DNA of 63,827 nucleotides, counting the filler, from Neolecta irregularis DAH-3 (taxonomy: Eukaryota), in NCBI GenBank assembly GCA_001929475.1. It is 4 parts of 4 records of this genome, joined end to end, with 100 filler letters (N's around TTAATTAATTAA, not from the genome) between each part and the next. Parts side by side here need not be neighbours in the genome. Positions count along the whole stretch, not along the records: positions 1 to 31,633 come from LXFE01000737.1; positions 31,734 to 56,413 come from LXFE01004409.1; 2 more parts are not named here. One strand, written 5' to 3'. The position numbers and the translations under genes are program-made. Under the pieces are notes generated by a model, which made no database searches, was not told where the DNA came from, and worked only from the letters and a program-made list of their open reading frames with translations. Positions 23,952 to 37,344 of this stretch are shown in pieces. Every line of letters begins with the position of its first letter. The stretch's first letter is position 1.

Positions 23952-26578
23952 CTAGATCCCCCAAAGCAGATCTTCTTTGCGCTTTTTGACCATACCTCCC
24001 GTCATTCCAATAGCAGCAATCAATCCCAAAATAGTACACAACAACATCCCCTTATTGAAACTCTTACTCAAAACATCGAATCCACCGCTAGGAGTAGCTC
24101 TAGTGAAGAATAAATCCCCGTTTCCGAAAATAAAGATCAGACCGGTGGATTCAAGCATTGTTGGTTCTGTGACGATTTCCGTTGCATTTAAAAGTTGTAA
24201 AGAATGAGAAACTATCCATTTCCGATCATCAGGAATAACAGCGTCGTAGGGTAATACGCCCTCGGCCTTTTGATCCGTACGTCGTGAATCAAGAAATTGT
24301 CTAGGAAATAGAATAACGCTGTTGTCGTCTGTGATTCCAATTATTTCCTTCTGTGTAATTCCCAGGCGTGTTTGAGTGACCCAAAGCTTTTTGATTGGGT
24401 GTGCTAGAAGGAATGATTTTTGCTCAATAAATAGTCCTTCATTGTGGGTATCCGGATGGATAGATTCAAAAGATTCGTGGATTGTTACAGTCCAGCCTCG
24501 TGCTTGACTCGTTGAGAAATAAGTGTATACTACAACATTTTCAAAGGTGGTCAAACAAAGTGGTTTGGAGAGGTCCACTTCGGAATGCGTAATTTGACGA
24601 AGAATAGTGCCGGCGACGCTATCGATATAGGTTATCGTTAGTATTGAATTAGAACCGGAAGCAATGAGAAGGAGATGTGGATTGAGGTATTTGTAATGCA
24701 CTGAACGATCGGGATTGACACGACCTATGGAGGCGATTTTATGCGATGGCGGGGTAGAAATTGCGAGTATGGCAGAAGGGAAAGAAATATACCATAATTC
24801 GTTCAATTTGAGTGACTACTAGTGAGTAGGGATCCCCAAAGAGTTATACTGCAGGGGAAACGAAATATCCCTTTAAATCATTATTTTTCCGCTTGGTCAA
24901 ATATGTTTGTGGAATCGCTAAATCAGTCGGTGATAGTAAAACCTATGATCAGCACTGACCTTGAAATATCCATACATCGTCACTGACGATAACCATATAT
25001 CCACCATTTGTTTTAACAACCTGACCATCGAATTTCTCCTGGCGTAATTCAATGCCAAGAACCGCATCAAAGACATTGACTCCCCATTCTGTGACAAGGA
25101 ATGCTTCTGTTCCATCGACCCATAAATCTCGTACTTGAGTCCCAGAAAACCTGTGCGTCCATACAATCGTACCCAGCGTGTCTATAGCAGTAAGGATTCC
25201 TGAACTAGTGGCCGTAATAATATATTTTCGACCGTACAAATGTTTCTCTTGTTCGATTTTAGAGACGAAGAACGTTTTGGGAATATTATCAATCATGCTG
25301 AAATGACGCATCAAGCGCTGAAGAAATGTTTCTTTGAGGAGAGCTGTTGAAGTAGTTGGTAATGTGACAAAAGCGGCTTTTTGAATATCAGACAGGTAGT
25401 CGGGGCGAGACCAGAGATGACTAGATTCTCTTATAAAATGGACTTCTGAATGGGTTGTTGTTATTAACAGGCGAGGGACTAAAGACTTGTCAGGACGGAA
25501 GGATAATTGAGCCTTCAAGTATTTTGGAGAGAGGGGTGTTGAAATGCTGTGTTCAGCTACCTGTATACCAGAGGAAGAAAATATCCTTGCCAGCGTAGAA
25601 TTACCAGCTGCTTGTACGCTTACAACGTAGTCGTCTCCGTTTACTGTCGAGACGGTGTAGATCGTATTCAAGTCGCTATCTGGAAGAGTGACTGGTTTCG
25701 ACATTGACAAAGTTTTCTTGTTAAAAAGGTAAACCTCTGCAATGGCAGACGTGCCCGTCTTTTGGTGAACCACAAATGTTGAGCCTGAATGATGAATATA
25801 GACCTCGTTCTACGGGATGAGAAAAATGCAACCATGAGAAATACCGCTCGAGATTCACTATCAGCAGTCAACGACAAGAATGCCTCGCCAGCTGAAAATT
25901 CGAATGTGTTGACGCCCAATATCATTTCGTTTATCAATTGCGGAAGCTCAAAGCGCGTATTTTGGATCAATGTCTTTGAATCAAGCAGGTTTGTGGATAA
26001 TCCGTCCTTATTCAAGCTGTGTACCAACAAATAATCTCCATGGCATGCCAAATGAGTGTAATTGATTGATCTAGCGTAAGAAAAAGGTTAAAGATCAGAA
26101 TACGGGTCTCCAAACCACGTTGTAGTTCCTGCCTTTACCGATGATGAACGATTATCTAAAATGACGAGTTGGTTGTTGCAGACTATCATCTTGTCTCCGA
26201 AAATCTCGACATTTCGTACAAAGTGCCCGGAAATCGCATTGAATACCCTGATTCCACTTTTCGCGAGGATCGAAATTTCTACCGTTCAGCTGACTGGTAT
26301 ATTGCAAGTATACCGTCATCGATTAGTGCGAAATATTCTGCACCGGGTACGCTTTGTCTCCAGATGATTTCTCCATCGGCAGGTCTGATTGCACCGAGAA
26401 TCCCATTCTTGCTTAATTGGTAGATGAGACTGCCCTGGCTTGTCGTGTGAAAGAGTGGGGATGGTGGTATAGGCGGACCAAGGAGGGGGATGTGGAATTG
26501 CGCGGAATCGAGTTCGTCAGCATACAGAGACCGTACTAAAGGAAGGAAAAACAGGAAAAACAGCGTAAAACCCTGCAT
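23952..26578 (-). CDS. EMC1: ER membrane protein complex subunit 1
   Basis: Signal peptide then LYADE; RSVHYKYLNPHL, PTMLESTGLIF, PSGGFDVLSKSFNK and a C-terminal TM. Confidence 0.93.
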
Positions 26579-26742
26579 TTGCTTCAACAGGAAGCAGCGG
26601 CGTGAATTTCGAAAAAGTGTCTCACGTGTCGTTGACAGTTTGAAGGTGAGATTCGTTACACATGACAGGCAGCAATAACATGAAGCTTTCAATGAGAGGA
26701 AAAGGCTTTTTAAAGTACAATAATAAGAACACTGCAACAGGT

Positions 26743-29135
26743 TCATGAAACTCCATCCAAAAGAACTTCTCTATCTCCCTCTCGGACACCTTCAACGACA
26801 GAGTCCTCGTCGCCTACCTCGAGTTCAATCCTGCGTTTTACTTCTCCAGCAACCCATATGCTGTCGTTTACAATACCCGAGATCAACATACGCATCATTG
26901 ATTTCGCGGGGGGTGGAGCAGGGGGAGGAGTCAATGCAATGGTCTTTCTGAAACCGTCGGTGAAGTAATGCTCCAGGACCGTCGAAGAGAGGATTATCAT
27001 TCGAAAGGAGGGAAGAGATAAAGATCCGTCTTGGTCTGCGTATTTATGGGCATTTTGAATAAACGAAGAGACGCAAGACAAGTAATCGTCCAAGTGAGGT
27101 TCTTTCCGAGTGAGGAACAAGAGACTTTCTGAGACGCTAATTTGTTCTTCTTTAGATAGGGAGCCTTTGGAATGTGTGTCGTGGATCTCAAAGATATATG
27201 ACATCAAGGACATGAGATCTGGTTTCACGATATGGCCCAGTCCGGTGACGACGTCTTGCAGAGACAAGGTACCTTCTTCTTCGGTGTCCCATTTTCGGAA
27301 TAGTCTAGTGAGAAATGGATGCAGAGTCTCATAGTCCATCCATGATGCGATTCCAGTGAGAAAAGTGATATAAGTGTCAAATTGCATTCTATTGGTGCTT
27401 GTTGATAATCCTGGATTGGCAAATACAGCAGCGTGGTACCGATCGTAGATTACTCCCAGCTGTGCAGCCGACAATTTTCCTGGATTTTTGAGGTTCCGTA
27501 ATGTAGTCCTTTTGGCAAAATTTTCAATTCCGTCCATGACTTTTGACCGGTATTTGTCACGTTGACTGGTAATTGTGGTAGTTGTGATCACGCTGAATTC
27601 TTTAAAAGCGACGACGAGAAGGTCTTGGAATTTTGTGATTGCACGGAGACGAGGGTTTGAAGATGTTGGATGGGCAGAGTGAGCGAGTGTTGAAAAATAA
27701 TTTTTCAAATGCGAGATAAAGTGTCCGTCGTCTGTAATATCCAGCAGGGCCTCGCCGTTCACGCGGAGGATGGCTATATATTAGAATGCAACTGGAGAGA
27801 AAATGACCTAGACCGATTTGAAAAAGGACTCTTGGTCCCTCGAGAAAGAAGCAGTCTAATACACGGACCGCGAACTCCAAAGGCATCGAATTGATATAGA
27901 GACTAAGAAACCAGGGTAACGAGACGACGCTCATCTGCACGTCTTGTTTGGCAAAGTGGTCCCAGAGAATCGGCATTGTTTTTTCGAGCAGAGATTCAAA
28001 GACGCGTTGGTCGAGGAGTGTTCCGTACATTGTTGTTGAATAATAGCCGGGTAACATGGACTCTATTAAATTCGTTAATAGAAAGAACGCTTGCTCTTCT
28101 GTTGTATATCTGTCGTGAGCAAGATGGAAGAGAAGGGGTATACATCAACATTGCAGCAACGACGATGTTCATCGCTTGACAATAGCCCAATTCTGGATTT
28201 TTCCAACTGTACGCGACTAGTACCCTTCGTAACCGTTCGATCCCTTCTTCAGTCTGGTATGCAGGATACTCTGGCAAACTTCTAGAAAGATCCTTTTCGA
28301 TCTCTTCGAGTGCAATGCTCTGATTAGTGGCGTTTTGAGACAAGAGTTGTTGGTATGTTGCGGAGGAGAAAAAGCGGGAATACATTGAGCCTGAACAGAG
28401 TTCCCAGACCTCGCCTCGCAGACGGTTAGGCAGGCCTACGCGAACGAGTTTTTGAAAAGTTGGGACGCGAATGAGAGTCAGATTGCGGCCGTTATCACGA
28501 CAGTATTCTGCCCATAGACGTATTTTTGCCTTGTCACGTTGCCTAGAGGATCAGATTGCAACAGCAGTGAAATACCGTTTTGCATTCCCGGGGAAGCCGT
28601 AGACGATTCCGAGGCCGCCTGGGGGCTGTGTGTCTTTCCTTTCGAGGAGGTATTCTGACCAGCAGGTGGCGAGGAACGGCTGGAGATGGGAGAGCGAGGA
28701 GGATTGAGCTTTCAGACGGGTTTTTAGTGCGTCGCAAAACTGTTCTGCGGCATACCGCAGGCCGAGCAATGCGATCTGCAGGGTTGTATTATGCCAGGCG
28801 GTAACTGCGATTGCAAAAGCAGTGTGACGATGGTGGATTCGCTCAACGCGGCGCACTGCGCATAACGGCAGAACAAAAACACAGCGCATATCTGAGGCAG
28901 CGTAGCACATATTTTTAGTGCTTAGAAATAGTTTGCCGGTGGTGGAAGGAAGTTGGGGAGCAGAACAGTCTGCTGGTATTTCGGCGTGCAGTTGTTCAGT
29001 TGCAGGCAGGCGAAAATTAATTCGGAGCTGTTCATGCTGATCGTGTCCCATTGACAGACTACTTGTTTTGCGCTGCAGCACGCTGACGGTATCCATCGCG
29101 CCGTTGCGACGATCCACGGTGGTGGTGGTGGTCAT
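26743..29135 (-). CDS. Rab GTPase-activating protein, GRAM + TBC + EF-hand-like (Mdr1/Gyp2, TBC1D8/9 family)
   Basis: [52 protein letters not shown]-like [12 protein letters not shown]; start may be 29096. Confidence 0.9.
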
Positions 29136-29266
29136 AACCCTACGCCAACATAGCTGCAGAAACCTCAAATAACGCAGAAGCCGGAGGGCGGCACAGAATT
29201 AAATAGCCATGATACCAACTTCCCATCAAGATCAACTCCAAACACCCCATGAACAATTGTTTTTGA

Positions 29267-31633
29267 TTACAAAAACCCGCTTTCCTGCAACAACCTTGCT
29301 ATTTTCTCGTCTTCTCGTTCTCGGGGTTCCATACTTAGACTCATTTCATACATATCATGAACATCCCGGCTTTCCGCTAAATTATGTTTAAGGAACACTT
29401 GGAGTTCTTGGACTGGTTTGAGATGGTATGGTACTGATTGGTATTGCTGAATCTCACGAATGACTTCAGCCGTTTTCATCCTTTTTGAAAAATTAATCAA
29501 ATGTCGACTTTTCTTTAAATAATTTGAATTGCCGTCTTCGATGAAAGTGAGATCGGTCAAATAGACGCCTGGCGTTAGCTCGGTACGGCGGGAGGGTACC
29601 GAGAAAGGGCACGCAGGGGGGATTAACAACGTGCAGAGTCTCTCGATAGTCTGCGAAATTTCGCGAAGAATTCATGATTTTATTGAGGCCTTCAAGAGTC
29701 TGCATTATGCGCGCATTGACCAGTTCCCAAGTTCGTTTCAAACGATGGATAGGCGCACTATTTAGCGCGGATATAATTGCCGTCAAAGTTGAAAAGTTGT
29801 TTAATAAGCGGCATTTCTAGGTTCAGCGGGGAGGGGAGAGGGTATACCTCTGCTATGAGGATGAATTGTTTTAATAAATTGACACGGCGTTTTATTTCTG
29901 GTTGGTTTAAAATGGCTTCTGCTACCCAACCTGTAATCTTGACATGTTAATATTGAAAAAAAGGAGGGATACCTGATTAGAATTGAGGATCATGGCTCTG
30001 ATGTTTTCTGCGGTTTCTTCAGCGTTGCTGCGGCTCCAAGATTTGTCTAGACATTCGCCGACGGCTATTTTATTGTAGAGCCTGCTTTCGATGATGGTCA
30101 ACTGACGAGCAATTTCGAGGGGATCCAAATCGAGAAATTTGATGCGTTTCATGTTTTTTGGAATGATTGGTTCTGGGAGAGGCTGGCTTATGTTCAAGAC
30201 CATTTTTCTCAAGGGGATGGAGGATTCCTCTGTATTCATTCGCTTTTCTGCGAGTTTTACGAGAACGCCGGCGCCAGGGATGGAAAAGGCCATGATATTT
30301 GCAGCAAAGTGTTTAATTTCAACGAGGGTTGGAGAATCTGAGGATTCTGAAAAGTAGCTTTCGAGCCATGATTTGAGGATATTAAAGACGCGGAGCCGAA
30401 TTGGTTTTTGTTTTCGTTCTATCCAGATTTCCATTTCTGAGGGGGATAGACCTAATGGGGGGGTTGTTGCAAAGCGAGTGACGAGGAGCTGAAAGAGTTC
30501 TTCGACGTCTGTGAAGCTTTTGTATGTGAGCAGAAAAGTATTATTGAAAGCTGAATCCCAAAAGTCGTGTCTGGTGAGGCGTTCGACGAGGGCGGCTAGG
30601 GTTCCGCCCTTTACGTTTCCCTTTTCGTCGTATGCCAAGTCGCCTTCTTTGTCGTGGCCGAGGTACCAGGGGACTGTCTCTTTGTGTTTTGGGACATGCT
30701 GGGGGGCGTCGTCGCCAAAGAACTTTTTCAGTTTTGCGCCGCGTTTAGGGGTTGTGGGGAGCGGGTCGTCGTCTGAGGCGGCGAGGGAAGAGCGGTGGGG
30801 CAGGGATACTTCGCGCTCGCCGACGAGCAGCTGGACATTGAAGATGGAGCCGCTGATTGACTTGTCTAGGTCTTTTGAGCAGGAGCGCAGGGAGTCTAGG
30901 GCGGAGATGTCTAGGGAGGCAGTTTGGGCGGCGACGAGGAGGGCGGCGAGGGAGTCGTAGACGGACTGCTTTGAGACGAGGAGATCGTTGAGGGAGAGGG
31001 AGGACTGGAGCTGGTCGAGGTTTATTGTTTCGAGGAGGGCGAGGAGTTTGCGGGTCTGCAGGGCGACGTGGCCGACGCCGCCGATGAGTCTGCTTGGGAA
31101 GAGGTGCCTGCGCAGGAGGACTATGGATTCGAGGTGTTTGAGGAGGGATTTTATTTCCGCGGCATAGTCTTCGAGGTCGCGCTGGATGGCGGAGGAGAGG
31201 GGGCGCTTGTCGAGGGAGAGGATGTTTGCCTTGTCGAGGGCGGCTCTGGGGGTTTTGACGAAGACGGGGGCGAGGTATTTGAGGTCGCCGGGGATCTGGG
31301 CGGCGAGGTGGACGTAGGCGGCTGCTGCGGCTGCGACGTCGAGGGCGTCCTGGAGGACTTTTGCGGCAGCGTCGTGGGGGGGCCAGAGGGCGGAGGCGAC
31401 GCGGGCGGAGAGGACGAGCTTTGAGAGGGCGGCGAGGATCTGCCTGCGGAGGGTTTTTAGGGGGCGGGACTCTCTGGAGACGAGGTCGCTGGCGGCGTGC
31501 AAGAGGTCTCGGACAGCGGAGACGACGGGGGTGACCGAGGGGGCCGAGGGAGGGGCCGAGGGAGCGGTAGCGACCGAGGGGGTAGCGGGAGAGGGAGCGG
31601 TAGCGGCAGAGGGGGGAGCGGGAGAGGGAGCAG
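29267..31633 (-). CDS. Ras guanine-nucleotide exchange factor (Cdc25/Ste6 family), 5' end lost in gap
   Basis: REM motif [55 protein letters not shown]. Confidence 0.93.
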
Positions 31634-31733
31634 NNNNNNNNNNNNNNNNNNNNNNNNNNNNNNNNNNNNNNNNNNNNTTAATTAATTAANNNNNNNNNNN
31701 NNNNNNNNNNNNNNNNNNNNNNNNNNNNNNNNN
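31634..31733. other. Artificial contig-join linker (N-TTAATTAATTAA-N)
   Basis: Identical N runs around a six-frame stop linker; recurs at 56414 and 60645. Confidence 0.97.
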
Positions 31734-32196
31734 CCGACCCGCCCGCCCGCCAATCTCTCCAGCCCATCTCTCCCGCCCTCCTCTTTCGTCTCTCCCGCTT
31801 CTCTCATCTCACCCGCCCGACTCGCCCGCCCGCCAATCTCTCCCGCCTGCCTAATAAAATGATTGTCCAAGTTCTTCCAACTTGTATTGATGAAACACAA
31901 GGAAATTGGGCTGAACATCTTCAAATAACTGAGTTTTGGCCAAATAACTCCCAGAATAGTTCAACAGGCCTAAATTATAAGCTTACACAATGTGAATAAT
32001 TTTATTCTCAAATATTCGTATCTGATTGGCCACGATAGCGATTAATTCATAATTTTATGAAACTCAATCCAGCACTAAAGTTGTCGCTGATTGTTTTAAT
32101 ATTAGATATCTATTCCGAGTTTGTATTAATACCATGATTAATATGTTTCAACAAGATATGCCACATTTACACAGAAAAATTATCATATTTTCGATT

Positions 32197-33713
32197 TCAT
32201 CCGGTTCCCAAACATCTAGCCACATCCCCGTAACTCCAAATTCCCTGTCCGCTGAGATATTTGATTAATCCAGTGACCAGTTCTCTCTGTTCGTCGTGAC
32301 TCATCTGGGTAATCACAGTCTGCAGAATCGAACCAACGGTCGTATGTGGATTCTAAAAGTTAGCAAGTACTAAACCAGTAGTGAACATACCGCAATAAAA
32401 GATTGGTAGTACATATAAGAAAAAAACCCCATTAGAAATTGACAATCCATACGATCTGTCATACCGCCGTGACCTGGAATTGAATGTCCAAAATCCTTGA
32501 TCTGAAAAGCACGTTTGAGGCCAGAAGCGAAGAAGCCGCCAAACGGAGCGATCAATGACGCGAAAGTCGCCATTACGACTTCGTGAAATTGGATCGGCGC
32601 CATGTTGAATGTGTTGAAAGGGAGATATAAAGAGGATACTATTTGCGGTGATATTGTATATGTTTGACTTGTAAATACGGAGTTGGGTATACAATCAACT
32701 CCTGAGAACGCATTTGCACCAAGATCCTGAAATATTTAGCGAATAGTTGGAAAGACTAGTTCCTACTTTTACGGGGCAGATCATATATTTGAACTGCATT
32801 AGAATATTGGAGATTAAACCACCGATAATGATCGTACAGATCCATCCTCCGATAAACCCTTCCACTGTTTTTTTGGGCGATAGTTGAATCAATTGAGTTC
32901 GGCCCCAAATATAGCCGCACACATATGCGAAAATGTCGTTGGTGATGACCATGCATGCAGGTAAGAAAAGCCTGCTTTTGAGACAGGGACTTGCAAAAGA
33001 AAGATACCATATTAATCCTTCGAAGACATTGTTGAGTACAAAGTGAGACTGAAATACTACGAGCAGGAGAGTCATATGCGTCCAACAAAATTGGGTGAAT
33101 TGGAACTTGTAACAGCCCTTTTGTAAACTTGCTACAAAAAACACAAATCCTGCTTGTCAATTGACTTGCAATTGATCGCATACCCATGATGTATAAGATA
33201 AAGGAAATGAACCGATGATGTGTAGCGAAGGGAACCAAAAACGCATCTACAAGAACGATATGCTTGAAATAATAAATAATGCTTTCCCCGTACAAGAAAT
33301 AATTTGATGCAGCTAAAAAATACCTATTTTGTAAATCTCGGCTGCTTGCGGGTATACCAATTCAAACTTTTAAACCAAGGTAATCTTTTCTCCTTCGAGG
33401 GTACGTTGGCGATCCCGATTACTTCTTTATACACCGTGACTTGAATCGCAGTGATAAGCGCTATTACACAGATTGGACCGGCCGCAAGGAAAGCAAAAAA
33501 GCCGCCGATCATGATGAATGTCCATGTTGCGCGCGTCACCAGATTCTGGCGCTTCTTTGCAACGGGCAGATTAATGAGCAGCTGCGCTTTTGTGGGCGAG
33601 AATACTTTGCGGTGGGTATTGGCTACATGTGGAGACGGTGGCGGAGTGGCATCAGAAGCCGACGCAGATCGTTTTGTTACGCTGCTATGCGTCGCATGTC
33701 TTTTGGGCGGCAT
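32197..33713 (-). CDS. CDS1: Phosphatidate cytidylyltransferase
   Basis: LSPKKTVEGFIGG, IAPFGGFFASGLKRAFQIKDFGHSIPGHGGMTDRMDCQ. Confidence 0.97.
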
Positions 33714-33911
33714 CGAGACGGCAGTGGGGAAACGTCGTTGGGCGGAAAGTGGCTAATTAGACCTTTCACTCACATGGCAGAACACTAAACACACCACCAG
33801 TGAAGAGAATAGAATATCCAATAGGCATCGGTCACGCAAGTTCCATATCTGTCGCTGTGCGGCCTCTAACCCAAACAGTGAACTTCCAAAATTCTTACAT
33901 ATAACGCCTTG

Positions 33912-35321
33912 TCATTTGAGACCCTTCCGAAATACTGCTTTGAGCCTCTTTGAAAAGGATGAATTGTCACAAGTGCCTGTCACGGTCGTAGGTGCATCAC
34001 TCAGTCGTCGATTGCCATATGAAGCATGACATATAGAATGCACAGAATTCTGTCTCGGTGAGACAGGTGCAGACTCGGCTCGAGCGCTAGATATTGGAGA
34101 GCAAGCCCTTTTGACTGTAGTCGGCCCAACCTTATCAAAACCTTCTCCGGCATTGTGCTTATGCTGAACAGGTCTGATGAACGGGGGAAAATTATCCTTC
34201 AATCTATGAACAGATCGACAGCTATTTGTTTCATTATATACTGGTGGCCGATAGTGCTGGATCTGCTGGACCTGCGATCTGTGAGTATCTACTGCGTGTC
34301 GGTTGAAATTTTCCAAAAGCTCATCATGTGGAATCTGCGGATACTTGAAAGCCTCCCAAGGCGACGGACGTGAATCCCTTGACTGAAAAGATGACACTCT
34401 TAGTGGTGACGAGTGATAGGGTACAGTGTCCCGATAACGGCTCGCACTTTTTCTTCCTGAGACAGATCTTCCAGGAGACGTTTTGTGAGAGCAATCCCAT
34501 GCTGTTGGAGACCCAATGTGTCTGGGGGTTTGAAGTGGAAAGTTTTCTGTTACCATTCTGGAAATCCCCGGTCGATACCGGTTCTGCGAAGAAGCAAGTG
34601 GCACACCTCCAATAGCTAAAATAGCACTAAATGAATCTCCAAATTGAGAGGTTTTTGAAAATCTTTGATTATTCTTTCTATATCCCTCCACAACCACACC
34701 AGTATGTCTGTGAACTTGAGGAACGCCTCCGTGAACTAGTAAATCGTCGAGTTCTTGCTGCCTGCTAGACCTAGCGTTGGCCAGTAAACCTCTGACAGCA
34801 TCATCTTTTATCTGAGAAAGAGAAAGGGCAATCCGCCTTCTTCTCTCTGTATTTGATCTGAGGATATCATATAATCTGACAGTCTCCCAAGTTTGACCAT
34901 ATGCAGGGAGCTCGTCATATTCGATAAGATTAATGAGAAAGCTTGATGACCTTTCCAAAGCTTGAAACCTCGACGAATGAGTTGCAATTGTATTGATTTT
35001 AGATGATGCATGAGATTTCTGGGAGGCAGAGCATACAGTTCGACGGAAGTAAGGATTCCACTCATTCTCCGAAACCTTCTGCCGCATAGTCTCTGTAGCT
35101 CGTGGGACAGGAATATAACGTGGAATCCATGTAGAGCGGTGGCAAAAGGCGGTAGCAGGCTCTTGTTTCTTCCGACAGTGGATGCCATCCGACTGACTTC
35201 TGCTCGTTATCTTTTGAATACTCGAGCCAGTTCGCAATAGGTTTCGATGTCCTGATTGAGAATGAAGTTCTGCAGGTGATTTTAGAGATGCGTTTTCATC
35301 AGCATTTGATGATATACGCAT
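33912..35321 (-). CDS. Hypothetical Ser/Arg/Pro-rich protein
   Basis: 469-aa ORF, apparently disordered composition, no recognised domain; upstream exons possible. Confidence 0.55.
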   Translation of the reverse strand: MRISSNADENASLKSPAELHSQSGHRNLLRTGSSIQKITSRSQSDGIHCRKKQEPATAFCHRSTWIPRYIPVPRATETMRQKVSENEWNPYFRRTVCSASQKSHASSKINTIATHSSRFQALERSSSFLINLIEYDELPAYGQTWETVRLYDILRSNTERRRRIALSLSQIKDDAVRGLLANARSSRQQELDDLLVHGGVPQVHRHTGVVVEGYRKNNQRFSKTSQFGDSFSAILAIGGVPLASSQNRYRPGISRMVTENFPLQTPRHIGSPTAWDCSHKTSPGRSVSGRKSASRYRDTVPYHSSPLRVSSFQSRDSRPSPWEAFKYPQIPHDELLENFNRHAVDTHRSQVQQIQHYRPPVYNETNSCRSVHRLKDNFPPFIRPVQHKHNAGEGFDKVGPTTVKRACSPISSARAESAPVSPRQNSVHSICHASYGNRRLSDAPTTVTGTCDNSSFSKRLKAVFRKGLK

Positions 35322-35735
35322 AAATATTTAGGTTCAAAATCAGTCATCAAGAGATGGCAGAAATGACGGAGGTTAAGATGTGGGGCTAGGCAAGGACGCT
35401 CCAGCACTCCCAGATTCAAAGGAAGACCGCACCGATGGAATCAGACGTATTATGGAAGAAACTCCAATATTAAATCCATTTATAGTGGGGCAAGTCGTGT
35501 CATTAATGCAGATTCACGAATGCCCTGAAATCGAGAGAATGATAACTTGTTCAAATTTCAAAAAATATTTATCTCGATATGTACTACATTTCACAACCCT
35601 GCTATAACGATATACACACCATGACTCTGCCCTTCATCATGAATTCCTGGAAATGAGATGTCAAGTATCGTAATATAAGGATGGGGCGCTCGCGAAAGTC
35701 AATCCAATAAGATATATCATCGGTAGCAAATATTT

Positions 35736-36080
35736 TCAAGATTTATCCGCCCGTTCCTTCACCCGCTTTTCCAAATCCCCAGTCCTCAATTCTTTAGCCC
35801 ACTACGAATATCAGCGCCTTTATGCTTGAGTGATGCGTACCAGCTGACTCGGAATGAATCCATTTGGGAGATTATACCTGTGCTCCCTCGCGGCACTGTA
35901 ACGGAATAGAATTGCCGTGATAGCGAATATTCCTAAGGATGTTATAATCGTATTCTGTTTCCAATTCGCAGGACGAGACCACCAACCACCTGGATCGCAT
36001 TCAGCTCTGATATTAAGCGAGAACAAACCTGATGGTGACCAAACGTTCTTGGGATATTCAAATCTACGTCCGCCGCCCAT
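35736..36080 (-). CDS. Small mitochondrial complex I accessory subunit (NUUM-like)
   Basis: Spliced MGGGRRFEYPKNVWSPS|GGWWSRPANWKQNT + one TM + PSQL|WAKE; resembles the fungal YPKxVWSPxGGW family. Confidence 0.7.
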
Positions 36081-36393
36081 TCAGTGCACTGAATAATGAG
36101 AACAGGGATTTTGTGGTTGCGTTTCAAGGTGAGGTTTGCATCGGAAAATTTCGGATGAAGCGCGCTTTGAATATTTTTCATTCACTATATCCAGCTATTA
36201 ACTTGCAAATTGAAAAAAGAAACGCTTGAAGGACGCTCGAATTCGATCTTCTATAATTTACGATTTTGATGCAAAATGCTACTTCGTGGTTGATGATTTA
36301 CTTGTAAATAAATGGAAGAGCCAAAGAATTAATTGATTTTTGCAGTATTAAAAGGGTAAAGGTCCTTGCGCTTGACTTTTCACACTAATATCT

Positions 36394-36924
36394 TTAAACA
36401 ATCGACGAATCATCGTTTCCCGAAGAATTTTCTCTTTCAAGCGCCTTCTTTTTCCAAGTTCGTTCAATCGCTCGATTGAAGCCGATAAATGATCCTAACA
36501 CGGATCTGGCTAGCTCATTATTCCAATAATTGAAGTTGTTTTCGTTGGCTCTGGTGATTTCGACCTGGGTTGCGTTGTCGTCATCCAATGGTATTGATAC
36601 TATCCGTGTTTTAAGGAGTTCGTCTGTGACTTTATTTTCCTTAAACATTAACCAACCCTGGTTTCCGGTCCCCCCAGTATCAGTATCCTTGAAGGTTAGC
36701 AGCGAGCACTCTAGCGTAATATATATTACTCTGAAGGGTTTGAATAGGAGAATTGTTCCACATTTTCGAAAATATGATTCAACTAACCGGGAATGCTTTA
36801 AGGAGGCTCTGTATCTGGTATTTTTGTGGCAGAAGTATAAGGTCCTAGGCAATGTCGTCGGTGGCCACATGAATGGTGAGATGATACAAAACTTGTAGAC
36901 GTCTACCAATATCCGCATCAACAT
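36394..36924 (-). CDS. Hypothetical protein (partial model)
   Basis: 176-aa ORF with probable introns and upstream exons; no family recognised. Confidence 0.35.
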   Translation of the reverse strand: MLMRILVDVYKFCIISPFMWPPTTLPRTLYFCHKNTRYRASLKHSRLVESYFRKCGTILLFKPFRVIYITLECSLLTFKDTDTGGTGNQGWLMFKENKVTDELLKTRIVSIPLDDDNATQVEITRANENNFNYWNNELARSVLGSFIGFNRAIERTWKKKALERENSSGNDDSSIV

Positions 36925-37344
36925 CGGAAAAGTTTGTATTTGTACATACCAGTAATGGTTCCGTTTATTTTTAAAACAGAGTATAATGGCGCTTCAATAT
37001 ATATTTTATTATTTTTTCTCATGTGTTGGGGCTTGGTAGTCCCACCGCCCCGACACAATTAAACTTTGAACACTGCGATAGTCTTGCTAGAGAGTAATCC
37101 CCAATATTCTGCAAAAACCCTCTGGCCGAATCAGAATTATGACCTGAAAAGAAAAATCCACCAGGACCAGCAGGAGAATATTAAGATGTCCAAATAATCT
37201 TAAAAGTCTAATCATAATACCGTGTTGAAATCATATACTAAAGAAACACCACCAAAGCACTTCCGGTCCATACTCCCTCTTTTCAAAAGCATCCCAAAAG
37301 AGAATCGCTGTGAAACAACACCGCGCTTATCACCGCTTTTACCT

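Noticed and set aside
30139-31424. Long antisense ORFs over the RasGEF and other genes
   Set aside because: Shadow ORFs caused by high GC and codon bias on the opposite strand
31634-31733. Palindromic TTAATTAATTAA within N runs (also at 56414 and 60645)
   Set aside because: Synthetic six-frame-stop linker; adjacency across it is not biological evidence
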